The translations under genes were made by a program, and so were the position numbers. From the NCBI GenBank assembly GCA_963728075.1, contig CAVSIP010000003.1, forward strand, positions 404,250-468,249: DNA of 64,000 nucleotides, given 5' to 3'. Source of the DNA: an uncultured Actinomycetota bacterium (GTDB taxonomy: Bacteria; Actinomycetota; Actinomycetes; JAFAQI01; DASSKL01). Below the pieces are notes generated by a model. That model was not told the origin of the DNA, did not search any database, and saw only the letters and a list, made by a program, of their open reading frames with translations. Positions 61,411 through 64,000 of this stretch are shown in pieces; positions within the stretch are counted from its first letter, which is position 1; the number at the start of each line of letters is the position of its first letter.

Positions 61411-62274
61411 GTGAGCGCGCAGATCCTCGACGGCAACCAGGTCCTCGACCGCGTGAAGGACGACCTGCGCGAGCGGGTCGACGCGCTGAAGGCGGCCGGC
61501 GTGCAGCCGGGACTCGGCACGGTCCTCGTCGGCGACGACCCGGCGAGTGCGAAGTACGTCGAGATGAAGCACCGCAACTGTGCCGAGCTGGGCATCGACT
61601 CGGTCCACGAGCACCTGTCGGCGACGGCGTCGCAGGCCGACGTCGACGCGGTCGTCGACCGGTTCAACCGGGACGAGCGGGTCGACGCCTACCTCATGCA
61701 GCACCCGTTCCCCAAGGGGCTCGACTTCGAGGCGGCGCTGCTTCGCGTCGACCCGGCGAAGGACGTGGACGGGCTGCACCCGGTCAACCTCGGCCGGCTG
61801 CTGCAGGGCGTCCGCGGTCCCCGCCCGTGCACCCCGGCCGGGATCCAGGCCCTGCTGGCGCACTACGAGGTGCCCGTGGAGGGGCGCCACGTGGTGATCA
61901 TCGGCCGCGGTCTCACCGTCGGGAAGCCGCTGGCGGCCCTGCTCGCGCTGAAGGAGCCGCACGCGAACGCCGCCGTCACCGTGCTGCACACCGGCGTGCG
62001 CGACATCGCGCCGTACGTCCGCACCGCGGACGTCGTGGTCGCCGCCGCCGGTGCTCCGGGGATCGTCACCGCCGAGATGGTCAAGCCGGGCGCGGCGGTG
62101 GTGCAGACCGGCACGACGATCGTCGACGGGAAGTACCGCCCGGACGTGGACCCCGCCGTCCGGGAGGTCGCAGGCTGGTTCTCCCCGGTGACGGGCTCGG
62201 TCGGGCCGATGACCCGGGCCATGCTGCTGACGAACGTGGTCGAGGCCGCGGAGCGGCGCGCCGGCCTGCGCTAG
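61411..62274 (+). CDS. folD: bifunctional methylenetetrahydrofolate dehydrogenase / methenyl-THF cyclohydrolase
   Basis: 287 aa. GTG start. ..LVGDDPASAKYVEMK.., ..VIIGRGLTVGKPLA.., ..GSVGPMTRAMLL. Confidence 0.93.
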   Translation: MSAQILDGNQVLDRVKDDLRERVDALKAAGVQPGLGTVLVGDDPASAKYVEMKHRNCAELGIDSVHEHLSATASQADVDAVVDRFNRDERVDAYLMQHPFPKGLDFEAALLRVDPAKDVDGLHPVNLGRLLQGVRGPRPCTPAGIQALLAHYEVPVEGRHVVIIGRGLTVGKPLAALLALKEPHANAAVTVLHTGVRDIAPYVRTADVVVAAAGAPGIVTAEMVKPGAAVVQTGTTIVDGKYRPDVDPAVREVAGWFSPVTGSVGPMTRAMLLTNVVEAAERRAGLR

Positions 62275-62277
62275 GGC

Positions 62278-62901
62278 TCAGCCGGCGCGGCGTACGCCGC
62301 CGTCCGCGTCGTCGGGAACGGGCAGTGGCCGGATGATGCCCAGGGCGACGACCTCGTTGGCGAGCCGTCCCCGCCGGTTGCCGCCCTCGGCGATCCGGAA
62401 CTTCTGGTACAGCCGCAGCAGGTGCTGCTTGACCGCCGCCTCGGTGACGACGAGCTCCTCGGCGATGTCGCGCGCGGTCGCCGGCGCGACGAACGCCTCG
62501 TGGCGCAGCGCCGGCCGGCACAGCGCCTCCAGCACCTCGAACTCGCGGCGGGTGATGTCGGGCGCGGCCACCCGGCGCAGCTCGGTCGTCTCCTCGGCGG
62601 AGTCCTCGGCCGGCAGCACACCACCGACCCTGGCCCGGGCGGCACCGAAGCTCAGCACGTCACCCTCGGCGAGGATCCGGCGACCGATGGGCCGCCCGTT
62701 CACGCGGGTGCCGTTCCGGGACAGGCCGAGGTCGGTCACGTACACGTACGGTCCGCGGCGGATCAGCTCAGCGTGCAGGCGCGAGACGCTCGGGTCCTGC
62801 AGGCTGATGTCCACGCCGTCGCCCCGGCCCACCGTGGTGACCTCCCCCCGGAGCTCGAACACCTCGCCGGTGTCCTCGAGGCGGAGGTACGGGGAGTCCA
62901 C
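62278..62901 (-). CDS. FHA-domain / LuxR-type HTH fusion regulator
   Basis: 207 aa. N-terminal FHA (TTVGRGDGVDISLQDPSVSRLHAEL..SRNGTRVNG). C-terminal GerE/LuxR-like HTH (ITRREFEVLEAL..ARDIAEELVVTEAAVKQHLLRLYQKF). Confidence 0.72.
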   Translation of the reverse strand: MDSPYLRLEDTGEVFELRGEVTTVGRGDGVDISLQDPSVSRLHAELIRRGPYVYVTDLGLSRNGTRVNGRPIGRRILAEGDVLSFGAARARVGGVLPAEDSAEETTELRRVAAPDITRREFEVLEALCRPALRHEAFVAPATARDIAEELVVTEAAVKQHLLRLYQKFRIAEGGNRRGRLANEVVALGIIRPLPVPDDADGGVRRAG

Positions 62902-63023
62902 GAGCCCTCCTGCGGTCGTCTGCGCCGGACGATGCCGGTTCGGTCATGACTGTCTTGCGCTGGAGGTACCCCGGTGCGGGCCGCCAACACCCCCTAGACT
63001 GCTCTGCCACGGGAGGTTCGCGC

Positions 63024-64000
63024 ATGGGCGACTCGCCATCCCGCGGACTCGCCGACGTCGTGGCGGCCTCGACGGCCATCTCCGACATCGACGGGCGCGC
63101 CGGGCGGCTGTTCTACCGCGGTTACGACATCGCCGACCTGGCCGGTCGCACCTCCTTCGAGGAGACTGCGTACCTGCTGCAGCGCGGCGCGTTGCCGACC
63201 GCGGCCGAGCTCGCCGCCTTCTCGGCGGAGCTGGCCGAGGGCAGGACGCTCGGCCCCACGGTCAGGCAGCTGCTGCCGGCGCTCGCCGCCAAGGCCGGCC
63301 CGATGGAGGCACTGCGCACCCTGCTGTCGGCGTTGTCGGTCGACGATCCCGACAAGGGGAACGCCGGGGAGGCGGCCAACCGCGCGAAGGCCACCCGCCT
63401 GGTGGCCCAGGCACCGCTGCTCGTGGCCGGCTACCACGCGGCCCGCAGTGGCCGCCCCGTACCGGAGCCGGATGCGGCGCTGGGTATCGCCGGCAACCTG
63501 CTGCTGCAGCTGACCGGGCAGCGGCCGCTGCCGCGGCAGGTGGCCGCCTTCGACACCTGCCTCGTCCTGCACGCGGACCACACGATGAACGCCTCGACAT
63601 TCGCGGCCCGCGTCTGCGCGGCCACGCTGTCGGACCTGCACTCCGCGGTGACGGCCGCGGTCGCGACGCTCAAGGGCCCGCTGCACGGCGGTGCGAACGA
63701 GCAGGTGATGCGGATGCTCGAACGCATCGGCACACCAGACGCCGCGCCGGACGCCGTACGCGACCTGCTCGGCCGCGGGGAGAAGGTGATGGGCTTCGGC
63801 CACCGGGTCTACCGGACGGAGGACCCGCGCGCGACGCTGCTGCGCGAGCTGAGCCGTGAGCTGGGGGAGCTCGCCGGTGACACCCGCTGGTACGAGCTGT
63901 CGCTGGCGGTGGAGCGCGCGGTGGCGGCCGAGCGCGGGCTGTTCCCGAACGTCGACTTCTTCGCGGCGAGCGCCTACCGCGCGCTGGGCATCCCGACCGA
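63024..64000 (+). CDS. citrate synthase family protein (CitA/2-methylcitrate synthase-like), 3' end outside the window
   Basis: Hand translation, absent from the track because the frame is open to the window edge. [24 protein letters not shown].., [51 protein letters not shown] upstream. Confidence 0.88.
   Translation, partial: MGDSPSRGLADVVAASTAISDIDGRAGRLFYRGYDIADLAGRTSFEETAYLLQRGALPTAAELAAFSAELAEGRTLGPTVRQLLPALAAKAGPMEALRTLLSALSVDDPDKGNAGEAANRAKATRLVAQAPLLVAGYHAARSGRPVPEPDAALGIAGNLLLQLTGQRPLPRQVAAFDTCLVLHADHTMNASTFAARVCAATLSDLHSAVTAAVATLKGPLHGGANEQVMRMLERIGTPDAAPDAVRDLLGRGEKVMGFGHRVYRTEDPRATLLRELSRELGELAGDTRWYELSLAVERAVAAERGLFPNVDFFAASAYRALGIPT

Noticed and set aside
58942-61989. 1015-aa minus-strand ORF across purN, purH and folD; likewise 55520..57910 over sucCD, 20140..22686 over livM/livK, and 24..1769 over adk/map
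   Set aside because: Same reason: antisense shadows of strongly supported plus-strand genes, with no recognisable motifs and the wrong codon-position GC pattern.
62333-63859. 508-aa plus-strand ORF spanning the FHA-LuxR gene (antisense) and the citrate synthase region
   Set aside because: It is out of frame with the clear citrate synthase reading frame (63024 onward) and antisense to the FHA-LuxR gene. The sequence is low-complexity.

Overview
Very GC-rich window; third codon positions are almost all G/C, read by eye and not computed. It looks like core chromosome of an actinobacterium. Gene order follows the Streptomyces/Mycobacterium pattern: adk-map, the rpmJ-rpsM-rpsK-rpsD-rpoA-rplQ-truA operon, rplM-rpsI-glmM-glmS-acpS-nnr-alr, the t6A genes tsaE/tsaB/rimI/tsaD, and CIRCE-controlled groES-groEL. 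These are followed by a BldM-like regulator, an ECF sigma/anti-sigma pair, guaB-guaB3, guaA, pcrA, sucCD, purN-purH, folD, and a citrate synthase that runs off the 3' edge. I found no rRNA, tRNA, CRISPR array, transposase or integrase. Two genes missing from the ORF track were recovered by hand: rpmJ (1473..1586) and the 3'-open citrate synthase (63024..64000).

Things that stand out:
1. A structured palindromic element of about 90-130 nt is present twice. One copy overlaps the stop of an ABC-F gene upstream of rplM; the other lies between purH and folD. The two copies show a compensatory base-pair change. I could not assign the element to any RNA family I know.
2. About 14.6 kb of accessory metabolism sits between tsaE and tsaB, which are normally adjacent. 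It holds two diverged Liv-type ABC importers, an AhpD-like protein translationally coupled to an ABC ATPase, an MFS pump, a RidA-alpha/beta-hydrolase fusion, a Lys-rich mini-Smr protein and an AurF-like diiron oxygenase.
3. The BldM-like response regulator has Gly in place of the phospho-acceptor Asp.
4. There is an FHA-LuxR one-component regulator.
5. An orphan B12-binding domain gene lies head-to-head with a carboxyltransferase.
6. pcrA and a PAP2-like gene overlap convergently by 297 nt.

Many long antisense ORFs in the track are GC-bias artefacts and were rejected.
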